A stretch of 64,000 bases of DNA from IMG/VR virus record IMGVR_UViG_3300045284_000279, positions 5,761-69,760 of that record; one strand, 5' to 3'. The notes beneath the pieces were generated by a model. That model was given only the letters and a program-made list of their open reading frames with translations, did no database searches and was not told the DNA's origin. Shown here piece after piece: positions 44,924-55,085 of this stretch. Both the position numbers and the translations under genes were made by a program. How positions within the stretch are numbered: the stretch's first letter is position 1; each line of letters begins with the position of its first letter. The DNA is from a virus.

Positions 44924-45330
44924 GCTACTACCGCGAGCTGACGCCGAGGCAGGAGCCGTACGACATGGGCCCGGACAATGCAGGGCTCGCGCGTGTCGGC
45001 TTCAACCTCGACGCGGTCAAGCGCCCAGGCTCAGACACGTATGCAGACGAGGTGCGTGCTTACCTGATCGCGGGGCAGATCATCGCAGCGCGCTCGATCC
45101 TCGTCGGGTCGGCTGGAGATCAACCTGACGGGACGACGGCGTTCCTGTTGATTCTGGAGTCGCCCGGCGTTAACCCGTTGCGGACGCACAACTCGGTGAG
45201 CACGCCAGCGTATCAGCGACCGACGCTGGAGATCATCGCGAAGGGGAAGTCTTACTCGTCGTGCATGTCGTTGGCGCGTCGGGCCTACGATCGGCTGGTT
45301 GGCGTGAGGAACGCCACCATCAGCGCGTGA
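44920..45330 (+). CDS. tail terminator protein
   Basis: I.ESPG..P, Y.RP...I..RG.SY; position before tail tube. Confidence 0.65.
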   Translation: MSYYRELTPRQEPYDMGPDNAGLARVGFNLDAVKRPGSDTYADEVRAYLIAGQIIAARSILVGSAGDQPDGTTAFLLILESPGVNPLRTHNSVSTPAYQRPTLEIIAKGKSYSSCMSLARRAYDRLVGVRNATISA

Positions 45331-45415
45331 CGTGATCGGATAGAGCGGCGGAGCAGTAGAAGCAGCAGCAGGAAAGGAGCCTCAACCATGAAGACCTGAT
45401 ACAGGAGTCGAGATC

Positions 45416-45820
45416 ATGAGCAACGCCATCTCGGCGCACGGAACGCTGATCTCCCGCAACGGGACGACGATCGGTGAAGTGCGCGACATCACGCCGCCGC
45501 CTCGGCAGAGAAACACGTTCGAGGTGACGACTCAGAACGACAGCGACGACAGCTACGTCGTCGGCATCCGCCGGAAGGGCGAGATGACATTCAAGGTCAA
45601 CTGGCTCGTCAGCGGAGACGTGACGCACGGCCCGTCGTCGGGCTTGCAGTCGGCGTACGCCAACGGCTCGAAGGACACGTACAAGGTGACGTATCCGGAC
45701 AGCTCGTCGGAGCTGTTCTCGGGGTTCCTGACGAACCTCGCGATCGGCGCGCCGGTCGACGGCGAGCTCGCAGCCGACATCACGATCCGTCCGACGGGCG
45801 GTTCGATCTACGTGCCGTAA
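45416..45820 (+). CDS. major tail tube protein
   Basis: I.EV.DITPP, EVT, G....GE.TF..NW, F.GF.T......PVDG...A.ITI..TG. Confidence 0.85.
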   Translation: MSNAISAHGTLISRNGTTIGEVRDITPPPRQRNTFEVTTQNDSDDSYVVGIRRKGEMTFKVNWLVSGDVTHGPSSGLQSAYANGSKDTYKVTYPDSSSELFSGFLTNLAIGAPVDGELAADITIRPTGGSIYVP

Positions 45821-45851
45821 ATTGGTGCCAGAGCAGGAGTAGGAGAGACAG

Positions 45852-46241
45852 ATGGCAACGCATGGAAAACAGACCGAAGGCGTGCTGGTTGCGCCGGACG
45901 CGTTCCTCGAGGAACACGACATCCAGTTCGCCGAGGTCTCACTGCCGGGCGGGAAGAAGATTCGCATCGGGTCACTCGACGCCGACACGATGATGGACTT
46001 CGTCTCGCTCGAAGGTCCGGAGAAGCGTCAGCGCATGCTCCGCATGATCGCGATGAGTCTCGTCGACGCGGAAGACGTGCGCGTCGGCCTCGACGAGCAG
46101 GGCGAGGTGAAGCCGGAGATCCTCGCCAAGCTCGGGAAGAAGGACGCGCGGACCATCGCGCGTCTGTCCGAAGCGATCATGATCCACAACGAGATGATCG
46201 CTGCACCGAAAGGCGACGACAGCGAAGCAAAAAAAGACTGA
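45852..46241 (+). CDS. tail assembly chaperone (gpG-like)
   Basis: lies between tube and tape measure; ends EAKKD at slippery site. Confidence 0.8.
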   Translation: MATHGKQTEGVLVAPDAFLEEHDIQFAEVSLPGGKKIRIGSLDADTMMDFVSLEGPEKRQRMLRMIAMSLVDAEDVRVGLDEQGEVKPEILAKLGKKDARTIARLSEAIMIHNEMIAAPKGDDSEAKKD

Positions 46242-46275
46242 GGCGGAACCCGACGCGCCTGTTCGCGTTCCGCCT
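46229..46275 (+). other. programmed -1 frameshift (A AAA AAA plus 9-bp hairpin)
   Basis: GCA AAA AAA GAC TGA; AGGCGGAAC (46241-46249) pairs with GTTCCGCCT (46267-46275); the -1 frame is open into 46310. Confidence 0.85.
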
Positions 46276-46561
46276 TGCCGCACACCTCGGGCAGGCGAAC
46301 CCGTTCGCCATGCTCCGAGGCATGCCGGCCTGGCTCTTGAGTGAGTGGCTGGCGTACGCAGAGCTTGAACCGTTCGGAGAATTCCGCGACGACGTGAGAG
46401 CAGCGATAATCGCATCGACGGTCGCGAACATGTTGAGAGGTCGGAAGCAAAAAGCCTTCAGCATTTCAGACTTCATGCTCAAGTTCGACGAGCCGAAGAA
46501 GCAGCAGAAGGACTGGCGCGTGATGAAGGCGCAGATGCGCGCCTTCTTCGATGGTAAATAG
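46235..46561 (+). CDS. tail assembly chaperone frameshift extension (gpT-like)
   Basis: RLFAFRLAAHLG...EWLAY..LEPFG..R.D.RAAII.S.VAN. Confidence 0.8.
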   Translation, partial: RLRRNPTRLFAFRLAAHLGQANPFAMLRGMPAWLLSEWLAYAELEPFGEFRDDVRAAIIASTVANMLRGRKQKAFSISDFMLKFDEPKKQQKDWRVMKAQMRAFFDGK

Positions 46562-46567
46562 GATCCG

Positions 46568-49500
46568 ATGGCCGTCGAAATTCAAACGCTGACCGGCAAA
46601 GTAACCCTCGAGGACATCTATACCCAAGTCCTCGACAAGGTCAACAAGTCCGTGCTCGACTCCGTGCGGACGATGGGTCAGCTCGACGAGTCAGTCAAGA
46701 AGACCGGCAAGTCGTTGGAGCAGCCGACGACAGCCGCGCAGTTCTTCAGTAAGACCTTCAACGAAGGCCTCAAGGAGCTGAATCACAGCAGCGACGCCGC
46801 CAAGGAGCACCTTGAACAGTTCAAGGAGGCGGCCGAGAGCCCGATCGGTGCAGCGAAGCAGTTGGTGTCGTGGTTCGCCGACGCTGTTCCAGGCGCTCTC
46901 GGCCTGACCGTCGCAGCCTTTGCAGCCGTTGCCGTGGCTGAATTCGCCGTCGCTGAGAAGTTCTTCAGCTTCGTTGAATCGGCGGCAAGCGTCGGCGAGC
47001 AACTCGAACACTTCTCAAAGAAGGCTGGCGTCAGCGCCGAGAAAGCGAGCGAGCTGGCCTTCGCAGGGAAGGCGCTCGGAAAAGACATGGGCGCCGTCGG
47101 CGACGCGATGTTCAAGTTGAACATCCGCGTGAGCGAAGGATCGGAGGACGTACAGAAAGCACTCAAGGATTTCGGTCTCAACTGGAAGTCGTTCGCCGAC
47201 CTCAAGCCGGACGAACAGCTCGTCTCGATCTCGAACGCGTTCAGGGCACTGCCTGAAGACGCCGACAAGGGCGTGATCGCCTTCAAGCTCCTGTCGCGGC
47301 AGGGCAAGGACATGTTGCCCTTCCTGCTCGAGCCGATCGACGAGCTGATGAAGAAGACGCGCTCGCTCGGCATGGTCTGGGGCGAAGAAGAAGTCAAGCA
47401 GGCGCAGGACTTCGAGATCGCGATGAATTCGCTGAAGGCTGAATTCGAAGGCCTCGGCACGACGATCGGTCGCGACCTGCTGCCAGACTTCCTCAAGCTC
47501 GTGAAGATGCTCGAGAATTCGACGATCATCATGAAGGGCCTCCCGGCCGCGGCGCACCTAGCGGCCGGAGTGTTCGACGAGGTCTTCCACGTTTCGGAAA
47601 CGGTTGCGGCGCTGACCGTCCTCGAAGCCTTGGCGACGAAGCTCGGTCTCATCGAGTCGCCTGCTCAGCGCGCAGCCGCGGCGATGGACGACCTCGCCAA
47701 GTCGATGAAGCCTGTGGCTACGCATGCGTCGGCCGCATCCGAATCGACTGGCAGACTCACCGACGAACAGAAGCTCGCCAAGCTCACCGCCGAGTTGCAG
47801 GAAAACTCGACGTACAAGCTCTCAAAGAGCGTCGCTGACTACGTCAACAAGGCACTGAAAGCTGGTCAGACGACTGAGCAGATCAGCAAGTCTCTGACGG
47901 AGCAACATGTCGTCGGGCAGGAAGCATCGCTGTCCATCCAGGAGTTGGGTAAGTCCTTCGAGAAGACGAAGAGTCAGACGGAGCAACACGCCGAGGCACT
48001 GAAGAAGGCGCAGGAGCACATGACTGGTGCTTCGAGCGACGTCGGGAACCTCAGCGGATACTTGCAGGCGCAGATCGAGTACTGGCATCGCCTCGGCGTC
48101 AGCGCGGAAGACATCGCCGTCCACTTCGGCGTGTCATCGGCGGCCGTCTCGGACTACATCGGCGGGCTCGAGCGCGGAGAGAAAGCTGCGCAGGACTGGA
48201 TCAACCTGCACAAGGAGATGGAGAAAGCCACGCGCGAAGCGTTGGCCAAGCAGACGAAGGCCGTCGAGCAGGCTGCTGAAGCAGAAGCGCACGCGCGCGC
48301 CGATCAGCAGATGACGCAGTTCAAGATGATGAAGGACTACTCGGATCGTCTGGGCGACCTCTCGCGCAGCGCGACCGAGATCAACCTTCGGAACATCGAG
48401 AAGGAACGTCAGGCGGCGCTCGATGCCGCGGCAGGACGGTTCGGAAAGGAAGGCGCGCTGTACGACGCAGCGGCAGCGAAGATCAATGCGTTCTACGACC
48501 ATCAGAAGGAGAAGGCGCTCGGCACGTACGACACCATCGTCGAGCGCATGCGCGAGGCAGGCATTCAGACTGCCGTCGTGATGCAGAAGGAAGCCGCCGA
48601 CGCGACGCGCGACTACGAACAGATGAAGGCGTCAGGCCTCTTCACGGCAGGAGCCTTGCAGATCGCGTGGAAGCGCATGGTCGACGCGAACCTCGCGGTG
48701 CAGGGTATCTGGACGCAGAGGTTCGTCAGTTGGATCGAATCGATTCCGCAGCTGTTGGAGCAGGCACTCACCGGCGGCGGTGGCCTCGCAGGCTTTGCGA
48801 AGGCATTGACGGCTGAAATCGGCGGCGGGATCGGGAAGGGTCTGTTCGAGGAAGGCGGACTGTTCGCAGGGTTCGCCAAGTCGTTGCAGAGCGGTACGGG
48901 TGCGCTGAGCGGCATCTTCGGGAGCACCTTCAGCAAAGCGCTCGGCTTCGCCCTGCCAGGTATTGGTGCTGCGCTCGGCTCGATGCTCGGTCCGCTCGTA
49001 GGGAAGATCTTCGGCATGTTCGGCGAGAACGTCGGGCACAAGACGGCGAAGGATCTGGCGGCCGGCATGGGCGGCTTCGACGAGGTCCGAAAGAAGTTGA
49101 ACGACCTCGGCGAAGAAGGAAACCAACTCTGGATCAACTTCACGCAGCGTGCCCGTTCTGCGGACGCAGCGAAGAAGGCGTGGGATGACATCACGGCTGC
49201 CCTGGACCGCTATAACCAGAAGCAGAAGGAAGTCATCACCACGAGCAACACGCAGCTGCAGGGTCTCATTCAGACGAGCGCCGTCTGGAAGCAGCTGCCG
49301 GCGAACATCCAGGCCTACATCGACCCACTCGAAAAGGCCGGCCTGCTGACCGAGGCGAACGCCACGGCGCTGAGAGGCTTCGGCGCGTTCGGCGACGACG
49401 CCTTCAACCGCTTGAAGTCCGAAGCGGAATCCTTCGGCGTGTCGCTCGATGCGCTCGGCCCGAAGTTCAAGCAGGAGGGGCTCAACAAGTCGGCGAAGGG

Positions 49501-50254
49501 CATCATCAACTTCTTCGACGAAGCGATCGAGCAGGGCGGGAACTACGGCCAGTTGCTCAACGGCCTCAAGGAGGAGATCTCTGGCGTCGCGCAGAATTCG
49601 ATCAAGTTCGGCACGGAGATCCCCGAGAACATGAAGCCGTGGATCGCCGACCTGATCGCAAGCGGAGACCTGCTCGACGAGAACGGCAACAAGATCACCG
49701 ACATGAACGGGATGACGTTCGGTGCGCCGATCAAGGCCGGCCTCGACGACGTCGTCTCGAAGCTGCAGGAGTTGATCGACATCTTCACGAAGCAGATCCC
49801 GCAGGCCGTCGACACGGTCGGCAGCAGCCTGAAGAACAACGTCGTGGCCTTCGACGACTGGCGGCGCAAGGCGAAGGAAGCGACCGACGACGTCTACGAC
49901 GGCGTCACCGCCGTGGCCGTCGGCCACTCGCCCGGCGGGGTCAAGCAGATCACGCACGAACTCGGCGTTGCGTCGAAGGCCTCGTCGCACTTCGCGCGCA
50001 TCGCCTCGGCGAACATGGGCAAGGCTGAGGATTCCATCGACAGCATGTACGGCGCCTTCGATCCGATGCGCGGCAAGCTGCTCGACTTCTCGGCCAAGGC
50101 CGACATCAATCGCGCCGTCACCGACGCGACCGATCAGGGCACGCTCGATTCGGGCGATCAGACGACCATCATCAACCTCGACGGCGAGGTGCTGACGAAG
50201 GTCGTCACGAAGCGCATGCGGAAGTTCGTCGGCAACGCGAGAGCGACTGGATGA
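46568..50254 (+). CDS. tape measure protein
   Basis: 1228 aa, helical Ala/Lys/Glu rich, Gly-rich hydrophobic segment, C-terminal INLDGE. Confidence 0.9.
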   Translation: MAVEIQTLTGKVTLEDIYTQVLDKVNKSVLDSVRTMGQLDESVKKTGKSLEQPTTAAQFFSKTFNEGLKELNHSSDAAKEHLEQFKEAAESPIGAAKQLVSWFADAVPGALGLTVAAFAAVAVAEFAVAEKFFSFVESAASVGEQLEHFSKKAGVSAEKASELAFAGKALGKDMGAVGDAMFKLNIRVSEGSEDVQKALKDFGLNWKSFADLKPDEQLVSISNAFRALPEDADKGVIAFKLLSRQGKDMLPFLLEPIDELMKKTRSLGMVWGEEEVKQAQDFEIAMNSLKAEFEGLGTTIGRDLLPDFLKLVKMLENSTIIMKGLPAAAHLAAGVFDEVFHVSETVAALTVLEALATKLGLIESPAQRAAAAMDDLAKSMKPVATHASAASESTGRLTDEQKLAKLTAELQENSTYKLSKSVADYVNKALKAGQTTEQISKSLTEQHVVGQEASLSIQELGKSFEKTKSQTEQHAEALKKAQEHMTGASSDVGNLSGYLQAQIEYWHRLGVSAEDIAVHFGVSSAAVSDYIGGLERGEKAAQDWINLHKEMEKATREALAKQTKAVEQAAEAEAHARADQQMTQFKMMKDYSDRLGDLSRSATEINLRNIEKERQAALDAAAGRFGKEGALYDAAAAKINAFYDHQKEKALGTYDTIVERMREAGIQTAVVMQKEAADATRDYEQMKASGLFTAGALQIAWKRMVDANLAVQGIWTQRFVSWIESIPQLLEQALTGGGGLAGFAKALTAEIGGGIGKGLFEEGGLFAGFAKSLQSGTGALSGIFGSTFSKALGFALPGIGAALGSMLGPLVGKIFGMFGENVGHKTAKDLAAGMGGFDEVRKKLNDLGEEGNQLWINFTQRARSADAAKKAWDDITAALDRYNQKQKEVITTSNTQLQGLIQTSAVWKQLPANIQAYIDPLEKAGLLTEANATALRGFGAFGDDAFNRLKSEAESFGVSLDALGPKFKQEGLNKSAKGIINFFDEAIEQGGNYGQLLNGLKEEISGVAQNSIKFGTEIPENMKPWIADLIASGDLLDENGNKITDMNGMTFGAPIKAGLDDVVSKLQELIDIFTKQIPQAVDTVGSSLKNNVVAFDDWRRKAKEATDDVYDGVTAVAVGHSPGGVKQITHELGVASKASSHFARIASANMGKAEDSIDSMYGAFDPMRGKLLDFSAKADINRAVTDATDQGTLDSGDQTTIINLDGEVLTKVVTKRMRKFVGNARATG

Positions 50255-53200
50255 GCACGACCGTCGAAGTCGCAGGGACGCCGCGCAACTTCCTTCTTGG
50301 GTCGCTCGCGTGGGATGAGTCGATCAAGAGCGCCGGCACGGCGACGTGTGTCTTCGTCAACGAAAACTCAGGCGCCGTGTGGATTCCTTCACACGGCGAG
50401 ACATTCGAGGTCAAGGTCGGCGGCAACGTCAAGTTCGGCGGGGAGGTCAAGGGCATCTCCGAGCAGTACCTCATCGAAGGGAAGGGCACCGCAGTCAAGG
50501 TCGACATACAGAGTTACTCGGCCTACCTCGACGACGAGATCGTCGACTTCGAGATCGCCGACGGCGCCTACACCGACGCGAGTCTGATTACCTACCTGTG
50601 CTCGAACTACCTCGGGCCCGACTACGGTATCACGGCCGACGCCGCCAACACGCCGGTCTTGACGCTGCCGGCCTTGCAGTTCAGGAACGTCTCGGCACGC
50701 TCGGTGCTCGACACGATCATGCGTCTCAGTGGGCGCGTCTATCGCCTGTCGGCCGCGAAGTTGCTCTCGCTCTACACGCCCGGCGCAGCGAGCGCAACCT
50801 TCGGCGTGACGGAATCAGACATGCTCCGCGGCGCCATCGTCGCGGACGTACAGCCAGACGGCTACTACAACAGCATCGCCGTCAAGGGCATCTTCGCAGG
50901 GACGGATTCGTACACCGGTAACGGCGTGCTCTCGGCCTTCGGCCTGACCTACGATCCGATGCTCGACACGGCCGGCTGGATCGTGTCGCAAGGCTACGTC
51001 ACCGAAGCCGGCGTGAACTATCCGATCGGCGTCTACCTCGTCGATCCGCTCCTGTGGACCTTCGACGTCGCGACGAACACCCTGCACAGGTCGTCGGCGC
51101 TCGGGAACACCGTCGTCGCGACCTTTAACTACACCGTCGCGGTCGTGACGTACGAAGACGCGGCCGAGGTGACGGCGCACAAGCGTCGGAAGAAGATCTA
51201 TGAATCTGCCGCCGCGGTGTCTGCTGACGCCGCGCACGACACGGCCGTTGCGCTCGTCCGCATCGGGCTCGAAGGCGACGCGAAGAAGATCGACGTCACG
51301 CGTCGAGCGAGCCTGCTCAGCGGCGCGAGCACGGAGCCAGTCGCACCGTCGCAGGTCATCGCGCTCAACATCCCGACGCGGAACGTCGCCTCGGCGAACT
51401 ACCTGATCGAAACCGTCAGCGTCTCATTCCCAGAAGAAGAAGGCCTCAGCGGCCTCGCGACGGTGAAGGTGACGTGCCGCGAAGGGTCCGAGGTCGGCCT
51501 CGAGTGGCAGGACTTGTTCAAGGGTCTGTCCGGCGGCGGTGGAGCGGTCTCGTCGTCACTCTCCATCTTGCCGGCCTCGGGCGGCAGCAGCATCACCGGC
51601 AGCGGCACGGCGAATAAGCTCGCGAAGTGGGGATCGTCGACGGTCCTGACCGACTCAATCTTCAGCGAGTCTGGATCGACTGGCACCGTCACCGGCATCC
51701 TCTCGGTGACGAGCGACTTCAAGGTCAACGCGACCAAGTTCACCGTCGACGCAGCGACGGGGAATACCGTCGCCGCAGGGACGCTCTCGGCTACAGGTAA
51801 CTTCGCGATCAACACCAACAAGTTCACCGTCAACGCCTCGAACGGTAACACGGCCGTCCTCGGCGACTTCGCGATCAACACCAACAAGTTCACCGTCGCG
51901 GCCGCGTCCGGCAACACCCTCGTCGCAGGGACGCTCGACGCAACTGGCGACTTCAAGGTCAACACCAACAAGTTCACCGTCGTCGCGTCCAGCGGGAACA
52001 CGGTCGTCGCTGGCACGCTTGGGGTCACCGGCGACTTCACCATCAACACGAACAAGTTCACTGTCACGGCGTCGACAGGCGCCACGGTTGCCGCAGGTAC
52101 GATTCGCTCGACCGACACCAACGGCTGGGCGATCGGCAACCTCGCAGGCGTCGCAAGGATTCAGCACGCGTCGGACGTGTTCACGTTCATTGCCTCGTCG
52201 AATGCCACGGCGAGCATCTCGGCTCTCGACGGCACGTTCGCAGGCAACGTCAGCATCACCGGCTTCGTCGGCAATCCGTCCTACGCTTCAGAGACGACGG
52301 CGTGGCGCATCACGACGGCTGGCGAGGCCGACTTCCGCTACCTGTTCGTCGACGAGATGCACGCCAAGTCGTTCATCGCGGACCTCGAACAGGCACTCGC
52401 AGGCGGGCAGATTATCGGCAAGTCCGTGGCGATGGTCTCGCAGGCCTTCACGGCTCCGTCGAAGGGCGGCTCGATCAGCGGTATCACGCGCTCTGGGTCG
52501 ACGGCGACGGCGACGACGGCGATCCCGCACGGCATGTCGAGCGGCTACAGCGTGACGATCGCCGGTGCTACGCAGACGGAGTACAACGGCACCTTCGTCG
52601 TCGTCGTGACGGGAGCCTCGACCTTCACGTATACCGTGAGCGGCACGCCGGCGACTCCTGCAACCGGCACGATCATCTTCAACGGCGTGACGACGCTGTG
52701 GGTGCGCGACCTGCCAAGTGCCTCCAACGTCGCAGCCTTCCAGTCCGGCGACTCCGTCGTGCTCAGGAAGTTCACGCGCGGCGTCGAAGGCAGCCTGACG
52801 ATCTCAGAGTGCATCGGTGTCCTCACCAGCTACACCGACGGGACGAGCGGCAACGAAGGCCAGCAGTCGTGGACCTTCACGCGCAACAGCGGTGCCGACT
52901 CGGGTGCGATGCTGGCCGGGCAGGTCGTCGCCGTCGACTCAGTCGTGCTCGACTTCGGCGTCAGCGGGAACGGTTACTACGAGGTGTCGGCCATCGACGG
53001 CACCGTGACCGTCGCCAGCATCACGCGCGTCAGCACGACGGCGACCTTGACGACGTCGTCGGCGCATGGGTATCAGACCGGAGACAGCGTCACCATCAGC
53101 GGCGCGAACGAGACGCAGTACAACGGCACGTTCACCATCACCGTCACGAGCGCAACGGTCTTCACCTACACCGTCAGCGGATCTCCTGCGACGCCTGCGA

Positions 53201-54708
53201 CCGGCACGATCTTGGTGAACGGCACGAACGGCACGAATGCGCCGTACGCGCAGATCGTCACGTGGGCGACTTCGCCCATAGCTGCGAACAGGACCGTGCG
53301 GACGCGCTTCGGGAACTTGCGAGGCCTCACCGGCACGAACGCCGAGTATGGCATGATCGCCGGCACCTACGCAGGGTCGAACGGCCAGTACTTCCGCGCG
53401 TCGAACACGACCTTCGAGCTGCACGGCATCGACATGTCGCTGTGGGACGGTTCGACGAACGTCTTCGCCGTCCGGCGTAACTCTGGCTCGCCGTATCTGT
53501 CCTTGGGTTCACCTGCTCCGTCGTCCTACGGCGCCAATGCCGGTGCCTTCATCGGCTGGTCGCATTCGTCGTCGAAGGCGCAGGTCTCGTTCTACAGCAA
53601 CGCGAGCAACTTCTTCCAGTTCGACGGATCGAAGATCACGTGGTCGGCGGCGAACACGTCGCTCGACGGTTCCGGCAACCTGACCGCGACGAGCGCAACG
53701 CTGAGCGGTGCGATCACGGCGACGAGCGGAGCCATCAGCGGAGACTTCGCGATCGGATCCGGCGGCGACATCAGGTCCGTTGCGACCTCGTTTGCGAGCG
53801 GCACAGGATTCTGGATTGCCTACAACGCCGGCACGCCGCAGTTCAGGATCGGCACGACGAGCGGCAACAGGCTGTCGTGGGACGGGACTGATGTCGTCAT
53901 ACAGGCTGCGACGGTATCGATCAATTCTGGTGGCATCACACTCGGGACGCCGGGCTCAAGCCTGAGCGCAGACTACGCCTACAAGTTCACGACCGCCTTT
54001 GCAGGGACAAACCTTACTGGGCTGTTCAGCTTTGAGCCCTCCGGCACAGAGCGCGGGTTGTTCGTGTTCAACAGCACGAACCAGGCCAGCAAGATTGTCT
54101 ATACGAGGATCGAGGCAAGCGGTGGCTCGGCGGCTTACGTTGAGGCTCGGGACAACAACGGCACTGGGACGATTGAGATCGCTTGCAACAGCACGATCAC
54201 GTTCATAGGCAACATCTCGCAGTCGTCGTCCTACACGTACTCTGTCCCAGGCGTCGGTAGTGGTTACGTGATGTGTTGCGACACGAACCTGTGGACGTCT
54301 GGGTTCGCCTACCAGTACAACGGCGGCGGCCTGCCGACGGGACAGTACGTGCAGTTCAACGCGTCGACTTCAGGCGGCGGCGGTGGAACGCTGGCCATCT
54401 ACGTCGACTTCGCTTCAGATGAACGCCTGAAACGGAACATCAAGCCATCGTCGGCATCGGCGATCGACACGCTGTTTCGTCGGCTGGACTTCATTGAGTA
54501 TGAACTGATCGACGGCGGCCGCTACGTGCCGATCGGGCTGAGTGCCCAAGGTCTCCAGAAGATCGATCCGCTGTTGGCAACCGACATCGACGGCACGCTG
54601 ACGCCGGTGTGGCCGCACCTCTACCAGATGGGTCTCAAGGCTATTCAGGAACTGGACCAGCGACTGTCGAGGATCGAACGTCTGCTCGATCCTCAAGCTA
54701 TTCATTGA
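50251..54708 (+). CDS. tail tip/central fibre fusion with C-terminal S74 intramolecular chaperone
   Basis: hub-like N-terminus, INTNKFTV repeats, duplicated HG...G.SVTI.GA..TxYNGTF domain, SDERLKRNI...GLSAQ...KAIQEL. Confidence 0.85.
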   Translation: MSTTVEVAGTPRNFLLGSLAWDESIKSAGTATCVFVNENSGAVWIPSHGETFEVKVGGNVKFGGEVKGISEQYLIEGKGTAVKVDIQSYSAYLDDEIVDFEIADGAYTDASLITYLCSNYLGPDYGITADAANTPVLTLPALQFRNVSARSVLDTIMRLSGRVYRLSAAKLLSLYTPGAASATFGVTESDMLRGAIVADVQPDGYYNSIAVKGIFAGTDSYTGNGVLSAFGLTYDPMLDTAGWIVSQGYVTEAGVNYPIGVYLVDPLLWTFDVATNTLHRSSALGNTVVATFNYTVAVVTYEDAAEVTAHKRRKKIYESAAAVSADAAHDTAVALVRIGLEGDAKKIDVTRRASLLSGASTEPVAPSQVIALNIPTRNVASANYLIETVSVSFPEEEGLSGLATVKVTCREGSEVGLEWQDLFKGLSGGGGAVSSSLSILPASGGSSITGSGTANKLAKWGSSTVLTDSIFSESGSTGTVTGILSVTSDFKVNATKFTVDAATGNTVAAGTLSATGNFAINTNKFTVNASNGNTAVLGDFAINTNKFTVAAASGNTLVAGTLDATGDFKVNTNKFTVVASSGNTVVAGTLGVTGDFTINTNKFTVTASTGATVAAGTIRSTDTNGWAIGNLAGVARIQHASDVFTFIASSNATASISALDGTFAGNVSITGFVGNPSYASETTAWRITTAGEADFRYLFVDEMHAKSFIADLEQALAGGQIIGKSVAMVSQAFTAPSKGGSISGITRSGSTATATTAIPHGMSSGYSVTIAGATQTEYNGTFVVVVTGASTFTYTVSGTPATPATGTIIFNGVTTLWVRDLPSASNVAAFQSGDSVVLRKFTRGVEGSLTISECIGVLTSYTDGTSGNEGQQSWTFTRNSGADSGAMLAGQVVAVDSVVLDFGVSGNGYYEVSAIDGTVTVASITRVSTTATLTTSSAHGYQTGDSVTISGANETQYNGTFTITVTSATVFTYTVSGSPATPATGTILVNGTNGTNAPYAQIVTWATSPIAANRTVRTRFGNLRGLTGTNAEYGMIAGTYAGSNGQYFRASNTTFELHGIDMSLWDGSTNVFAVRRNSGSPYLSLGSPAPSSYGANAGAFIGWSHSSSKAQVSFYSNASNFFQFDGSKITWSAANTSLDGSGNLTATSATLSGAITATSGAISGDFAIGSGGDIRSVATSFASGTGFWIAYNAGTPQFRIGTTSGNRLSWDGTDVVIQAATVSINSGGITLGTPGSSLSADYAYKFTTAFAGTNLTGLFSFEPSGTERGLFVFNSTNQASKIVYTRIEASGGSAAYVEARDNNGTGTIEIACNSTITFIGNISQSSSYTYSVPGVGSGYVMCCDTNLWTSGFAYQYNGGGLPTGQYVQFNASTSGGGGGTLAIYVDFASDERLKRNIKPSSASAIDTLFRRLDFIEYELIDGGRYVPIGLSAQGLQKIDPLLATDIDGTLTPVWPHLYQMGLKAIQELDQRLSRIERLLDPQAIH
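51715..52100 (+). repeat. five coding repeats F.(V/I)N(T/A)(N/T)KFTV
   Basis: AACACCAACAAGTTCACCGT and variants near 51727, 51811, 51877, 51961, 52044. Confidence 0.75.
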
Positions 54709-54732
54709 AACCAACCAGAAGGAGTAGGCATC

Positions 54733-55062
54733 ATGATCGAAGCCGTCGTCGATTGGTTCCGCGTAGAAAACGGCAAGCTACTCATCGCAGGGTGGGCGAT
54801 GAATACGAGCATGCTCGGGCAGCACCCGTGGAGCTGCCTCGTGCGTATCGGTCAAGCGCAGCAGCCGTTGCACACTGACCTTCGACAGAGCGGCCTGCAC
54901 CGTCCAGACGTCGCAGGCGCGTTCGGTCCGCAGTTTAATCCGTACGTCGGCTACCAGCTCACGCTCGGTCTCGACGGCGCGCCTGCTGGCGAGCAGGTCG
55001 TGACAGTTGAATGGGCTGACAGTCAAGCCTCCAAATACAACCAGTTCTCTGTTACGATCTAG
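54733..55062 (+). CDS. Ig-like hypothetical protein
   Basis: AAGGAG RBS; I.GWA...RPDVA..F...GY motif. Confidence 0.55.
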   Translation: MIEAVVDWFRVENGKLLIAGWAMNTSMLGQHPWSCLVRIGQAQQPLHTDLRQSGLHRPDVAGAFGPQFNPYVGYQLTLGLDGAPAGEQVVTVEWADSQASKYNQFSVTI

Positions 55063-55085
55063 GCCTTCCCAAGAAGGAGTACAGC

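Noticed and set aside
48632-49990. Long minus-strand ORFs here and elsewhere (e.g. 41162-42430, 43182-44537)
   Set aside because: Lie opposite well-supported + strand genes; expected from stop-codon scarcity in high-GC DNA
51715-52100. Regularly spaced 20-nt direct repeats resembling a CRISPR array
   Set aside because: In-frame coding repeats with homologous intervening sequence inside the tail fibre gene
52470-53220. Duplicated segment in the tail fibre as a DGR template/variable repeat pair
   Set aside because: Both copies are in frame in one gene, differences are not adenine-specific, and no reverse transcriptase is present in the window
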